A DNA stretch of 64,000 nucleotides. It comes from Chiloscyllium plagiosum (lineage: Eukaryota). The stretch covers positions 48,606,652 to 48,670,651 of the forward strand of contig NC_057728.1 of the NCBI RefSeq assembly GCF_004010195.1. Direction: 5' to 3'. Shown one piece after another: positions 39,171 to 53,029 of this stretch (position 1 is the first letter of the stretch; each line of letters begins with the position of its first letter). The notes under the pieces were generated by a model, which was given only the letters and a program-made list of their open reading frames with translations, was not told where the DNA came from and did no database searches. The translations under genes were made by a program, and so were the position numbers.

Positions 39171-40639
39171 ACTTTTCTTGTGCTATACTGATATCCAGAC
39201 TTTTTTTAAAGAGTGCCAGAAATTGCTAGTAAAACAATCCAACTTCAAATGCAACAGTATGAATGAGAAACCTTAATAGTTAAGATTTGTAACAGGAAAG
39301 AGCCCAGCAATTATTCTTGAGAATCAAGAAATCATATTTTTCAATATATCTTATAAGAAGAACATAAAGAATAAAAAATAAGAATGGTATCTTGTACAAG
39401 TACACCCAATATTTCCCAATTAGCATTTTAAAATTTCACATATTTTAAAACATATTTCTTCTATTCTTATGATGAAAGTGATTAATATTATAGTTTCCCA
39501 CATTAAGCATCATCTGCCACCTTTTTGCCAACTCACAAAATGTCTCTCTACTTACACAGAAACAGAATTGCTGATGACTGGTGACTCTTCATCAGTCGCC
39601 TGACTCAAAACATTAACTCTGCTTTCTTCCTACAGATGCTGCCAGACCTACTGAGTTTCTCCAGCAATTTCTAGTTTTGTTTAAGATATCCAGCATCCTC
39701 GGTTCTTTGTTTTATTTTCTGACTGTCTATTTAATCTGTTTGTGTGCCCTTGTAGCTTCTATGTGGCTGGCCTTCCCACCTGCATTGTCAACAAACCTAG
39801 ACATTTAGAACACCTTCTATCGTGTTTGTTACTGAATCTCCCACCTAGGTCCTGTTCTCTATGGGTTGTCCCAGCACTGCCAACCCATTTTCAACTACAT
39901 GTTAGTGCCCATTCCGTCATGAGCAAGATCAATATTGGTTTTCCAATCCAAATTGCACCTTTGTGCCTTGCTAGGTCATTTCAGAGAGCAGTTAGGAGTT
40001 AACTACAGTATCCCAGGTCTGGAGTAACATATTGATTTCCTTCCCTGATGGACATCACTGAACTAGATGAGATTTAATAATTGATGGAGACCACGAAACT
40101 GAGATTAATTTTATGATGCAGATTTATTAACTGAATTCAAGTCCCAGTAGCTGCCACAATGGGATTTGAACTTATGCTCCTAGGGCACTAACCTGGGTCT
40201 TTTGATTACCGGTTCAGTGAACTGATAATTCTTTACCACTAGGCTACCATCTCCCTCCTATAATGTACATGATACAGTTTAACATAGACTCGTCAAACAT
40301 AACACCCTGTTCCTTCCATACCCCAACCTCCCTTTGTCTTGAATTAGTTTCCTTTGGTTCCTTTCAATAGGCTGTCTGATACCTCATTAGAATAGTATTC
40401 AATTTTCATGCAACATTTAGTGCATGGCACAGAGGGCAGAACCAGGAGTGTCTTCTCATCTCATACCCACACACAGCTTCCTCTGTGAAGTGTTACTGGA
40501 TAGCAGTCAGTAAAAAGAATCTCAGCCGACCTCTCCCTTCATATCCTTGTAACACTGATTGTAATAACTTAACTATTAACTCTTGAATGAGGCTATTTGA
40601 ACCTGTAAGGGTTAACCGGTAGCATGAGACAAACTCTAT

Positions 40640-41190
40640 CTAGAGTCATAGAGTTCAACTGGTCCACACCAACCATGTTCCCAAACTAAACTGATCCCAC
40701 TGTCTTAATTTGGTCCATATCCCTCCCAACCTTTCCTATTCAAGTACTTATCCAAATGTCTTTTAAATATTGTAACTACACCTGCATCCACCACTTCCTC
40801 TGGAAGTTCGTTCCACACACAACCCACTCTCCATGTAAAAAGGTTGCCCCTCAAGTCCTTTTTAAATCTTTCTCCTCTCACCTTAAAAGTATGTCCCCTA
40901 GTTTTGAAATCCTCCACCCTAGGGAAAAGACCCTTGCAATCCACCTTATCTATACCCCTCCTGATTTTATAAAGTCATCCCTCAACTTTCTACGCTACAG
41001 TGAAAAAAGTCCCAGTCTATCCAGCCTATTTTTATAACTCAAGCCTTCCATTCCTGGCAATTCCCTGGTAAATCCTTTCTGAACCCTCTCCAATTTAATA
41101 ATATCCATCCTATAACAGGGCGACCAAAACTGCATACTGTACTCCAGAAGAGGCCTCACTACCATCCTGTATAACCATAACATGATGTCC
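40640..41190 (-). mobile_element. CR1 3' fragment
   Basis: VRPLLEYSMQFWSP; KTRGHTFKVRGE. Confidence 0.9.
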
Positions 41191-41509
41191 CAAGGATATA
41201 AGGATGGTTGTTGGGAGGAAATAATTAGCGGTTGACCTTCTTATTAACAGTATGCAGCCAAAGCGGTACTTTGTAAATCTACTTTTAAGTTGAGCCAATT
41301 GTTACAAAAAAACAAAGTAACCAGCTATGAAGTAATGTGGAAAAACCTATTTAATGTTCAAGAGGATTGTGCCTACCTTCTGCCTAGGATGTTCGTTGGC
41401 ATCCTTCCCAACAAACTATAAGTAGCCTAGACTGACACCTACAAGAACGGTTTTAGTGGCAAAACTACCCAAGGTGCCCAAGTTCATATCCAATATTAAA
41501 TTATTACAT

Positions 41510-41815
41510 TAGAATCCCTATAGTGTGGAAACAAGCCATTCAGCCCAACAAGTCCATACTGACTCTCCAAAGAGTGACCCACCCAGACGCATTCCCCCTA
41601 CCCTATTATTCTACATGTACACCTAGCCAACACATCCCTGAACAATTTAGCACAGCCAATTCACTTAACCTACACATCTTTGGATTGTGGGAGGAAGCCC
41701 ACACAGTCCTGGGGAGAATATGCAAATTCCACACAGACAATTGTCTGAGGCTGGAATGGAACCAGGAATCCCTGGTGTTGTGAGGCAGCAATGTTAACCA
41801 TTGAGCCACTGTGTT
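41510..41815 (-). mobile_element. HE1-type SINE
   Basis: Same head, core and tail as other copies. Confidence 0.8.
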
Positions 41816-42676
41816 GCAATAGATTAATGCAGTGCTCTAGGATTTGAACCTAGGTACTATTCTTGTGGTGCAGTGATAGTGTCCCCACCTCTGTGACTTG
41901 GGTTCAATAAATGAGTCACAAGCTGTCTGAACAGGTTGTTTTTATTTAGAAGCAATTGTACTTACAATCTCTGGTCTGTTTGTCTTTGCTTTACACTAGG
42001 TGACTATTTTATCCACAATGAAAATGTGCTTCTAAAGAGAGTGGAACTCTTGCAATGACCTATCCTTGTTTACAAAATTAACTCATATTTTGTTTTATTT
42101 GTAGAATTACATGCAGCCCTCTGGTGGACTTGTATTGCAAATTCCATTAATCTGCACAACGACTTGTCTGAACAAAATACTTTGGCCAGAAGGTTTTTTT
42201 CAGAAAATAAGTTTGTGATATTTTGGGAATTTACATCCAAACTTCAATGTTAAAAGGTATACAATAAAGTTGTTCCACAAGCTTCTTTATTAAGACAGAG
42301 CATGAGTGCACCACTTTTAATGAAACACAGCTATTGTGCATTGTTGTGATGGAATATTCTTCTTCCTAAAGCATTTATTACCCTTAAAATTAAAGGAGAA
42401 ATAATTTATTGAATATCAAACTGTTTAGTGGAACATGCAACTGTGCTTATTATTTCCTGTCTATCTGGTACCTCCACTGCTTCTCAAATCCTGAGCACAT
42501 CTCTTTCCTTGCTACGTTTAATTATTTGTCTCCTCCTTCACTGTGCAATATCATTTCTAAGTTCATTTGTTAAAATATCCAACTGTGTCAAACTGGTACC
42601 AACCTGGATTAGCAAAGCACTTTCCTATTCATTCTTATCTCTCCAACTGATTCATGGAAACCATTATTCTATCATC

Positions 42677-42808
42677 GAGGAGAAAGTGAGGTCTGCAGAT
42701 GCTGGAGATCAGAGCTGAAAATGTGTTGCTGGAAAAGCGTAGCAGGTCAGGCAGCATCCAAGGAGCAGGAGAATCGATGTTTCGGGCATAAGCCCTTCTT
42801 CAGGAATC
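42677..42808 (-). mobile_element. 132-bp hammerhead-headed pLTR insertion, 11-bp TSD
   Basis: ATTCTATCATC at 42666-42676 and 42809-42819; begins TTCCTGAAGAAGGGCTTATGCCCGAAACATC. Confidence 0.9.
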
Positions 42809-43479
42809 ATTCTATCATCTTCAACCATGACTGGCAAACTTCAGCTGTTCACTTTAGCTCCTGGATCACCAGATACTCCTCCATTTTTGGAATTGGAAAA
42901 AAGAACAAAGTATGACAAACTCTTCAGTCTGTTCCTCTATATTACTAGTCACAGAAGCTCTGTCTCCTCAAACCCTATCTCCACAGTCACTCAATGATCT
43001 TGCTTCTCAGGTAAGGTGTCTTTCTTTTGATTGATTTTGTAATTGATTCTGATTATCCTGATTCTCTCATTGGAGCTTTTACTTGCATTTCAAATGTCCT
43101 TAAACAAATCATCCCTTAATCTTATGATGAGTGAGTGCAACTGAAGTTTATCCAAAATGCTATTGTGGATACATCTTTTCCTTCATCCTTTGCATTTTTC
43201 TGGAGGTTCATTACAGATCTAATAAAACCCAGTCAAGAGATATTATTGGGTATGTTGAGCATAATTTCAAAGTATGCCAATGGCAGAATTATGAAACAGA
43301 TTTGTAATTATGGTAAACTATAGAATAGTGACATACATTTTATACAATGATGAAATAGGAAGACAAGTGATAAATGAAACTTAAAGGAGATAAATGCTGA
43401 CTTGTGTGAGGTAGATGGTGAACAGACTTTGAAGACCGGAAATGAATTACTGCAGGATTCTTGTTCCCTGAATTGCTCT

Positions 43480-44750
43480 TTTTAACCACAGTCTTTATAA
43501 TGGCTTGTCCAGTTCAGTTTCTGGTCAATAATAACCCCCAGGAGAATCCAGCAATGGGAATGCTATTGAATTGTTAGATTCTTTCTTGTTAGAGATGGTT
43601 ATTGCCTGGCACTTGCATGGAGCAAATGTTACTTGTCACATGTCAGCCTAAACCTGGTTATCATCTGGTTCTTGCCACATTTTGATATGGGTTGCTTCAA
43701 TATCTGAGGAATTGCAAATGTTGCTGAATGTAGTGCAATCATCAGTGAACATCCCGACTTCTGACTTTATGGTGGAAGGAAGATCACTGATGAAGCAGCT
43801 GAAGCTGGTTGGACCTAGGACACTACACTCAGGAACTCAGTTATCCTAGAGCTGAGATGATTGACCTCCAACAACTACAACTGTTTTTCATTGTGCCATA
43901 GGAGACTCCAACTATCAGAAACCCACCCCAGTTCCAACTGATGCCAGTTTTGCTAATGCACCTTGATGCCACACTCAGTCAAATGTAGCTTTGAATTCAA
44001 GAGCTGTTACTCTCACCTACCCTCTGGAGCATGCGTGACCACATTAAGCTGAGCAAGGGTTACTTGACAGCATTGTTGATAACATCTTCTCTAACTTTAC
44101 TGATGATCAAGAGGAGACAGATGGTGTGGTATCGGCTGAGTTTGATTTGTCTGTTACGTGTATATGGGACATAACTCAGCAATTGTCCACATTGTTATGT
44201 AGATACCAATGTTATACCTGTACTGGAACAACATGGCTAGCAGCACAAGAAGTTATAGAGCGAATTTCTTCAGTACAGTTGCTGGCATGTCATCATGATC
44301 CTTGGCCTATGCAGTACCCAGTGCCTTTAGCCATTTCTTAATATCATGTCAAGTGAATCAGACTGGTTGAAGACTGGTATCTGCGGACCATGACAGACCA
44401 TCCATTGGGCAGTTCCGGCTGAAAATTGTTGCTAATGCTTCAGTATTATCTTTTGCACTGGGCTCCCTTATCATTGAAAATGGGGATATTAGTGGAGCCG
44501 CCTCTTCCAGTCAGTTGCTTAATTGTTCACCACCATTAATGGATGTAGCAGGACTGCACACCTTAGATCTGATCTGATAGCTGTGAAATCACTTAGTTGT
44601 ATCTGTCACTTGGTGCTTCTGCCTGTTTGGTTGCTTTACCATGTTGACATCTCAATTTTAGGTTTGCCAGGTGCTGCTCCTGGCACGCTGTCCTGCAATC
44701 AGGGTTAATCCCCTGGCTTGACTATAATGGAGGAGTGGAGGAATATGCAT
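43480..44750 (-). mobile_element. Old LINE RT relic
   Basis: Reverse-complement similarity to 12505-12850. Confidence 0.55.
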
Positions 44751-45549
44751 GGGCAAGAGGTTATAGGTAGTGTTTGAAGAAGAGAAAAATTGCACCATTT
44801 TAATAAGAAGTGCAGAAACATAATGGAGTATATTCAAGCCTGATAAATCACACATGATCCTTGGTTTTAAAGAGCCCAAAAGCCAGGGAGTCAAGTTCAA
44901 ACATTAAATAACACTGGTTATGCTGCAGCTGAAGTATTGTGGCCTGTTCTGGATTCCACAATTTATGCAGGATATCTAGATCACAGAGAATGGTGTTGAA
45001 GAAAACGCCTGGAATAATATCAGGGTTGAAATAATTCTACTACAAGGGAAAATTTGAGAAACTGGTTTTGTTCTGGAGAGATTTGATAGAATTTGCGGTG
45101 GAGGGCGTTCTTAGTGGCAGGAGTGTGTATCATGTACAAAACATACTGCAGCAAGTCACCAAGTCTCAGTTGACAGCACCATCCAAATCCACAACCTCTA
45201 ACCTTGTGGAAGGACCAGTGTGGAAGTCAAGAACACTGTTACTTGCAAATTTCCCCCTCAGTTTGGAACAATTTCACTGTTCCTTCACTATCACTGAGTT
45301 TAACTTCTGGAATCCCCTTTTTAATAGGCACACTACATGGACTGTAGTTGTTCAAGAACAAATGTGGTTTTTCAAGAACAATTATTGATGAGCAATAATT
45401 CAACTAACCAAAACTGAATGACAATTGGCATTAAGTTCCCAACAATTCAGCAAGATTACACTGAATCTCACTGCTCGGTTCCATTCTGACTGCAGATTCC
45501 TATATCAGCTTTAACTTTATTACATTATTATTTTAATTGATCTCTGTTA

Positions 45550-45715
45550 GGGGTGAGTTAGCTCAGTTGGCTGGGTGGCTAGGTTGCAATGCAGTGTGAT
45601 GCAAACAGCATGGGTTCAATTCTGTCACTGAGGTTATCATGAAAGACTCTCCGTCTCAACCGGTCAAACCACCACCATCTTTCACTCTCTCTAAAGAGAT
45701 GTCAGCCTGTGGTCA
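45550..45715 (+). mobile_element. Old tRNA-derived SINE head
   Basis: TAGCTCAGTTGG A box and GGTTCAATTC B box. Confidence 0.5.
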
Positions 45716-46198
45716 CTTTACTTATCTGTTGTTTTTCTGTCTTGTTTGGCTCTGACTGACATCAGCACCTTCCTGACTTAGTAGTTAAGTTGAACACAAG
45801 AAAATTGGTGTCTGGCGTTAAGAAGGAAGAACACAAGCCGTAGTTGCTCTGACTGAATCCCTGTGGGAGGTATATGGGAGGGGATCTTGACAATAATGTG
45901 GTCACATGCCCTGCTGATATTGTCAAGATATGACCATGCAAGGTGACCACTGTGAGACAATGGAGAGAGATGGATCCACAAGACTGCATATAAATGATTT
46001 GGCTGTGACTATAGGAGATGTGGTTAGTACATTTGCAGATGACAACAAAATTAGTGGCGTAGTGGACAATGAAGAAGATTACCTCAGAGTACAACAGGAT
46101 CTTGATCAGATGGGCTGAGGAGTGGCAGATGGAGTTTAATTTAGATAAGTATGAGGTGCTGCATTTCGGAAACGCACATGAGGGCAGAACTTATCCAC

Positions 46199-48089
46199 AA
46201 TGTTGAGAGTGTGTTGCTGGAAAAGCACAGCAGATCAGGCAGCATCCGAGGAGCAGGAAAATAGACATTTTGGGCCAGAGCCCTTCATGGGGAATGAGGC
46301 TGGGAGCCTTGGGGGGTGGAGAGATAAATGTGGAGGAGGTGGGACTGGGGAGAAGGTAGCTGAGAGTGCAATTGGTGGATGGAGTTGGGGGTAAAGGTGA
46401 TGGGTCGGAGAGGAGGGTGGAGCAGATAGGTGGGAAGGAAGATTGATAGGTAGGAGAGGTCATGAGGGCATGCTGAGCCGGAAGGTTGGAACTGGGGTAA
46501 GGGGGTTGGAGAGGAAATGAGGAAACTGGTGAAGTCCACATGGATGCCCTGGGGTTGAAGGGTCCCAGCCATCAGGTGTTGAGGGAGTGGCGGTGGAGGA
46601 GACCCAGGACCTGCATGTCCTCAGCAGAGTGGGAGGGGGTGGAAATGTTTGGCTGTGGGGTGGTGGTGTTGGTTGGTGCGGGAGACTGTAGAGGAGACTG
46701 CATTGGGAGCAATGGATATAATAAATGACATGTGTGGCACTGCAGGTGAAACTTTAATGGATGTGGAAGGCTCCTTTGGGGCCTTGGATGGAGGTAAGGG
46801 GCAAGGTGTGGGGACAGGTTTTGCAATTCGTCTTCTGGAGTTACACCGACACCACTCCCTACCTCTTCCTCCGTCACATTGATGAATGCATCGGCGCCAC
46901 CTCATGCTCCCGTGAAGAGGTTGAGCAGTTCATCAACTTCACTAACACAATGTTAGTGAATTTAACTTCACAATGCTAAATTCACCAGGTCCATCTCTGA
47001 CACCTCCCTCCCCTTTCTAGACCTCTCCATCTCCATCTACGAGGACCAACTCAACACTGACTTTTTTTTTAACAAACCTGACTACCACAGCTACCTGGAT
47101 TACACCTTCTCCCACCCTACCTCCTGCAAAAATGCTATCCCGTATTCCCAATTCCTCTGCCTCTGCCGTATGTATTCCCAAGAGGACCAGTTCCACCACA
47201 GAACACACCAGATGGCGTCCTTCTTTAAAGACCAAAATGTCCCCTTCCACGTGGTTAAAGATGCCCTCCAAAATATCTCATCCACGTCCCACATCTCCAC
47301 CCTTGAACGCCATCCCTTCCAACTGCAACAAGGACAGAACCCCCCGGTCCTCACCTTCCACCCCACCAACCTCCACATTAATCACATCATCTGCTGACAT
47401 TTCCACCACCTACAAATGGATCCCACCACCAGGTATATATTTCCCTCCCCACCCCTAACCACCTTCTGAAAAGACCGTTCCCTCTGCAACAACCTGGTCA
47501 AGTCCGTGCTCCCTAACGAGCCACCCTCCCCTCTCGGCACCTTCTCCTGCCACCGCAGGAATTGCAAACCCTGCGCCCACACCTCCATCCAAGGCCCCAA
47601 AGGAGCCTTCCACATCTATCAAAGTTTCATCTTCACTACCACACGTCATTTATTGTATCCGTTGCTCCCGATGCTGTCTCCTCTACATTAGGGAGAGTGG
47701 AAGCCTTCTCGCAGAGTGCTTTAGAGAACATTGCCAGGACACCCACACCATCCAACACCACTGCCCCGTGGCCAAACATTTCAACTCCCCCTCCCACTCT
47801 GCCAAGGACAGGCAGGTCCTAGGCCTCCTCCACCGCCACTCCCTCATCACCCAACGACTGGAGGAAGAACGCCTCATCTTCTGCCTCGGGACCCTTCAAC
47901 CCCAGGGCATCAATGTGGATTTCACCAGTTTCTTCATTTCCTCTCCCCACCTGAGGCTCCAGCCTCATTCCTGATGAAGGGCTCCAGCCCGAAACATCAA
48001 TTTTCCTGCTCCTCGGATGCTGCCTCCTGAGCTTTTCCAGAAACACATTCTCAACTCTGATCTCCAGCACCTGCAGACCTCACTGTCTC
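46199..48089 (+). mobile_element. PLE with inverted 5' pLTR/endonuclease segment (46199-about 46826 minus), 9-bp TSD
   Basis: CTTATCCAC at 46190-46198 and 48090-48098; RHIDEC; LEEERLIFCLGTLQPQGIN. Confidence 0.9.
47971..47998 (+). ncRNA. Hammerhead ribozyme motif
   Basis: CUGAUGA-A-GGGC-UCCA-GCCC-GAAACAUC. Confidence 0.65.
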
Positions 48090-50129
48090 CTTATCCACTG
48101 AATGGTAAGGTCCTGTGGGGAATGATGCTGAACGAAGAGACTTTGGAGTGCAGGTCGATAGGAAAGTGAAAAAGGCATTTGGTATGCTTTCCTTTATTGG
48201 TCAGTGAATTGAGTATAGGAGTTGTGAGGTCATGTTGCGGCTCTGCAGATCATTGGTTCAGTTGCTTTTGGAATCCTGCGTGCAATTTTGCTTTCCCTGC
48301 TATAGGAAGGGTGTTATGATACTTGAAAGAGTGCAGAGAAGATTTACAAAGCTGTTACCTGTGTTAGAGGGTTTGAACTAAAGGAGAGGCTGAACAGGCT
48401 GGGGCTGTTTTTCTTGGAGCGTCGAAGGCTGAGGAATGACGTTATAGAAGTTTATAAAATCATAAGGGACATAGATAGGTTGAATAGTCTAGAGAGCATA
48501 GGCTTAGGGTGTGAGGGAAAATGTTTTAAAGGGACGTAAGGGGACAACGTTTTCACACAGTGGCTGGTGTATATTTGCAATGATTTCACAGAGGAAGTGG
48601 TGGAAGCTGCTACAATTACAACATTTAAAAGGGCATCTGGATGAATAGGAAGGGTTTAGAGGATATGGGTGAGGCAAATGGAACTAGATTAATTTAGGAT
48701 ATCCGGTCGGCATGGATGAGTTGGACCAAAGGGTCTGTTTCCATGCTGTACATCTCTATGACTCTATGACTCTAAATGCTAGCTTTTCCAGCAATTTACA
48801 TATCTTTAAACAAATGTAAAATAAAATCACAATGGATTTTGATCATGAATAAAGAGGAAACAGTTTCAGTGACAGGAGGATCAGTAGCCAAAGGACATAA
48901 TTTAAGGCAATTAACTACAGAACGAGAGACAACATGAGAGAAAAAAAATGCAATTAATGATCTGGAATGCACTGCCTAAAAGATGGCACAAGCAGCTTTA
49001 ATAATACTGATCAAAAAAGATAATTAAGTATTTAGTGGGAAGACTTGTCATGGGAAAATAGAGGTGTGGGATGAATTGGATAGCTGACAACATTCAAATG
49101 AGCTGAATATTTTCTTTCAGGGCTACATTAAACCATGTTTCTACAATGGAGTACCCAAAGTGAAAAATGATGTTCCAAATATATTTTAACTAGTGCTTGG
49201 TATATGACAGTTGTATTATATTCTAACATTTGTATTTAAATTTTATGGGGTTTTTTTGTTTGAGTCTTGCACCTATGAGTTAAATGTTTTGTACCTGAAC
49301 ACAACCCTTTGAACATTAAATCCCCCTCCTCGCATGCTTCCTTAATTTGATCATATGTTACATCCATCTGTTCATCTAAAGTGTACTTTCTTACAAATAT
49401 TATACTCCATTTATTATTGGTCTATTCATGGAATCTATAGCTTTTGAAATTTTCTACTATAATCTTCTCACTTAATTACACCACCTAATTTAGCAAAATG
49501 CATAAACTTGATATATAGTTTATGGAAATTATGATTTCTAAAATATCAAGGCCTATGCTGCTTCCATTGTGGATATCGTATAGTGAAATATTTCAGCAAT
49601 TTAGATTCTGTAGGTGGAATCTCATCAGGCTCTGAGCACTGTGGGCTATGGGGAAATGAGTGGGAGAATCAGGCCGAATGCTCCGCGAGCCCCATTACAG
49701 CATCAAGATCACCTCCCTTCATCTTGTATGTTTTCCCAAGTGACATGGTGAGAATCTCACTAGGCAGCGGTGAATTCCCAGTTGACGCACATTGTTGGCT
49801 GTTAAACACCTTGTTAATAGTACAGTTTGCCAGAGGCTGGGATCTGAATCAAACCCACAGTAAAATTTAGCAGTTGGGAAAAGTCGACATGAAAACCAGA
49901 GTGTGTTCTTGCCACTTGCTCCAAAAGACCTCCACTTTGAACATCAGGTCCCAACACCTCAGGCATGTTCCACGGACATCAGCATCAGACACACCCCCAT
50001 GGAATGGATCCAATCCACTTATAGGATTCTTCTGCACTTCAATGTTGTACCTCGGCTGCAAGGGCAATCATCATTGTAATACAGCAGAAAGGACACTATG
50101 TGCTCCAAGACACAGGCCCAGCTCATTGA

Positions 50130-51315
50130 AACATGGAAACAGAAAATAGGAGCAGAACTAGGCCATTCACACTTCAAGCCTTCTCTGCAAATTCATTATG
50201 ATCGTGGCTGATCATCCAACTCAATCGCTGGTTCATGTTTTCTCCTATATCCTTTGATCCCTTTAGCCCCAAGTACAACATCCAAATCCTCCTTGAAATT
50301 ATACAATGTATTGGTGTTGACTGCTCAATGCGGTAGCAAATTCCACAGGCTCACCACTCTCTGGGTGAAAACATTTCTCTTCTTCTCAATTCTAAATGGT
50401 TTACCCTGTGTCTTAAAACTATGATCCCTAGTTCTTGTCTCTCCCATCATGGGAACATCCTTTTGTATCTATACATGTATTATTTTCTCGACAATTTGTA
50501 TGCCTTTTCCTTGGCTCTAACACTGTCTCTAGCATTCCTTGTAGCCCATCGTTTGGATACCTTCCCACTTTCCGTTTTGCGCCACACAGGAACAAACAAT
50601 TTTTGCAGTTTACCCATTTGCTCTCTGAATGCTTTCCATTGCCTTTCCACTGTCATCCTTTTTAAGTAATGTTCCCCAGTCTATCACACTAACTTGGTCT
50701 CATTATCGCCATTTCTTCTATTTAGATTCAGAACTCCAGTCTCGGAATCAACTATGTCCTTCTCCATCTTGACGGGGAATTCTATCATATTATAGTTGTT
50801 CTGCCTAAGGGGCCTCACACAACTACATTACTAATTATTTCTTTTTCATTACACAATATCCAGTCTAGAACAACCTACTCTCTAGTTGGATCCTCAAGTT
50901 ATCCATATTGGTCTAGAAAACTATCCTGTTTTTCTCCAGAAATCCCTTCTCTGCTGTCTGGGTGCTAATATGACTAACCTGCATATAGATTGGGCAGAAG
51001 CCACCCATAATTTCAGATGTTCCATTATTGCATGCATCTCTAATTTCCTGTTTAACACAAATCCCAAAATCACCCCTACATTTCAAGAGTCAATGTACAA
51101 CCACCAATAATGCTTTTTGCCCCTTGGTGCTGTTCAGCTTTGTCCATACAGTCCACAGCATTCCAGCTGGTATCCTTCCTTACTATTGTGTTGCTTCCCC
51201 TTTAACTAACAATGCAAGTCCGCCACCTTTCCTTTCTATCTGTCTTTCCTAAATATTGAATACTCCTGGACATTCAGTTCCCATCCCTGGTCACCCTGCA
51301 GCCGTGTATTTGTAA
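50130..51315 (-). mobile_element. Old CR1-like LINE fragments
   Basis: CR1-type tail (CATGGAAACAGAAAATAGGAGCAG...GGCCATTC) and endonuclease-like remnants. Confidence 0.55.
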
Positions 51316-51828
51316 TCAGACCTGTTTTCATTTATTGTGGATGTGATCCTACTGCACAGGATGGTGCACGGGCTGAATTTTGATGTCCACAAAGACCAGC
51401 TATGGAGGCTATGTCACTAGACCATGCCAGCCCAGTCCATGATTGCCACTAATGTTAGAGCAGACTCAGTTGATTGGCAGAATGTCCAGCAATGTTGAAA
51501 TAAAGTTCAATGCCTTCCTTCACCCCACCAGTGTAAGTTCCTCATGCCCACTCTGAGTGCACAATGGCCTTTTAAATATGGCACCAGCGTCAGAAATACC
51601 AGTCAGTTTTGGTATCACCAGTGAGTGGCAAGTTGCCCTGGTAACAACACCTGGTACGATGGGCCAGGATATAGATAAGAAACTTGCAATAATCCAAAAC
51701 CAATGTGTGTGTTTGGTTTGGTGGGATACGTTGAAAAAAATTCCCTTTGCCTCACAGCAAGAATTACTCCAAACTCAACAAGACTTGTATTTAGCAAAAA
51801 AAACCTAAGAATTTAGACTGCTTCAAAT

Positions 51829-51834
51829 TTTATT
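51829..51834 (-). terminator. Candidate polyadenylation signal of the minus-strand gene
   Basis: AATAAA about 310 nt past the stop codon, with a U-run about 25-33 nt downstream (A8 at 51796-51803). Confidence 0.45.
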
Positions 51835-52141
51835 AATTTATAAACTTCACAGAAGTAAAAATATTAAATTAGTTCTCACTCTTAGCAATCCCTGTAAAAT
51901 ACAACTGGCAAATCTATGTAAAAATGTGCTGTTCCTCCATTCCAGTCAGATGCTACTCCTGTGTTTCACATACCTCGAGATGACAAGAATCATAATTAGT
52001 ATGTAATGTGTGTATTTTACATCCAAGAATTAATCTGGTTGATTAATAGATGTTAAATAACAAAAGATGCTATATGAAGTCTGTATGAAAAGAATGTACT
52101 TCAATAAAGATCAATACAGGTATAGGATTTGTTCTTCTGAA

Positions 52142-52246
<105 letters not shown>

Positions 52247-52949
52247 TCAATGATTAAGCAGATAAAGATACAATTTGCACACAATTTCTATTTTGACAAG
52301 TGCTTCAGATTGATCTCAGCTTTTAAGTTAGTTGCAGATTGACTTACTGGTGCTGCAACGCGAAAGTGGTATGTACACTCATGAAGATGTGCTACTGGCA
52401 AGAACCAGAAATGTTGATACCCCTGCAAGAATATTTAAACATTTAATGAGAGGGAGCTCACAACAAACTATCAAGTGTATAATACATTTTAAGCAAGCCA
52501 ATAAAAATGCTATGTTACTTAAATATTTTATAAATAACAACCAATTGTTTCAGATTGCTTCAATTTCTGGCAGTTCAATTGCCTACTGTGTGTGTACACA
52601 AGAACATAAACAATAGCTGTACAAGACCATATGACCTATCAAACCTGCTCTTCCATTCAATATGAACATGGCTGCTCTTCAGCATTAACTCCACTTACCT
52701 GTCTACCCCATACTCAGAATCCTGCAGAATAAAAGTCTTTCAATTTTCACTTTGAATATATTGAATTATGGAGTATATATGATCCTCAGTGAATTCCAAG
52801 ATCCGTCTCTCAACCCTTCATGATCAACCGGCTAACCTAAGGCTGTGCCCTCATGTTCAAGATTCCGCGGACAGGGAGGAACGATCACTGTGTCTAACTC
52901 TACCAAGCCCCTTTAAAATCTTTCTTATATTATCTTGTATGACTGAATT

Positions 52950-53021
52950 TCCTCGATAGTACAGTGGTTAGTATACCAGCCTGTCATGTGGGAAACCAGG
53001 GTTCGGTTCCCGGATGGGGAG
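52950..53021 (+). pseudogene. tRNA-Asp(GTC) pseudogene
   Basis: 72-nt match to vertebrate tRNA-Asp (TCCTCG..AGTGGT.AGTAT...CCTGTCA...GGTTCG.TTCCC...GGGGAG) with roughly a dozen substitutions, including in the B box. Confidence 0.85.
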
Positions 53022-53029
53022 GAATTTTA

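Larger units (their letters stand above)
45988..48773 (+). mobile_element. CR1 3' fragment split by a PLE
   Basis: TFADDNKI motif; resumes at 48090; CTATGACTCTATGACTCT tail. Confidence 0.9.

Noticed and set aside
42930..43016. Strong + strand donor CAG|gtaagg
   Set aside because: Lies in what appears to be decayed repeat sequence; no convincing reading frame.
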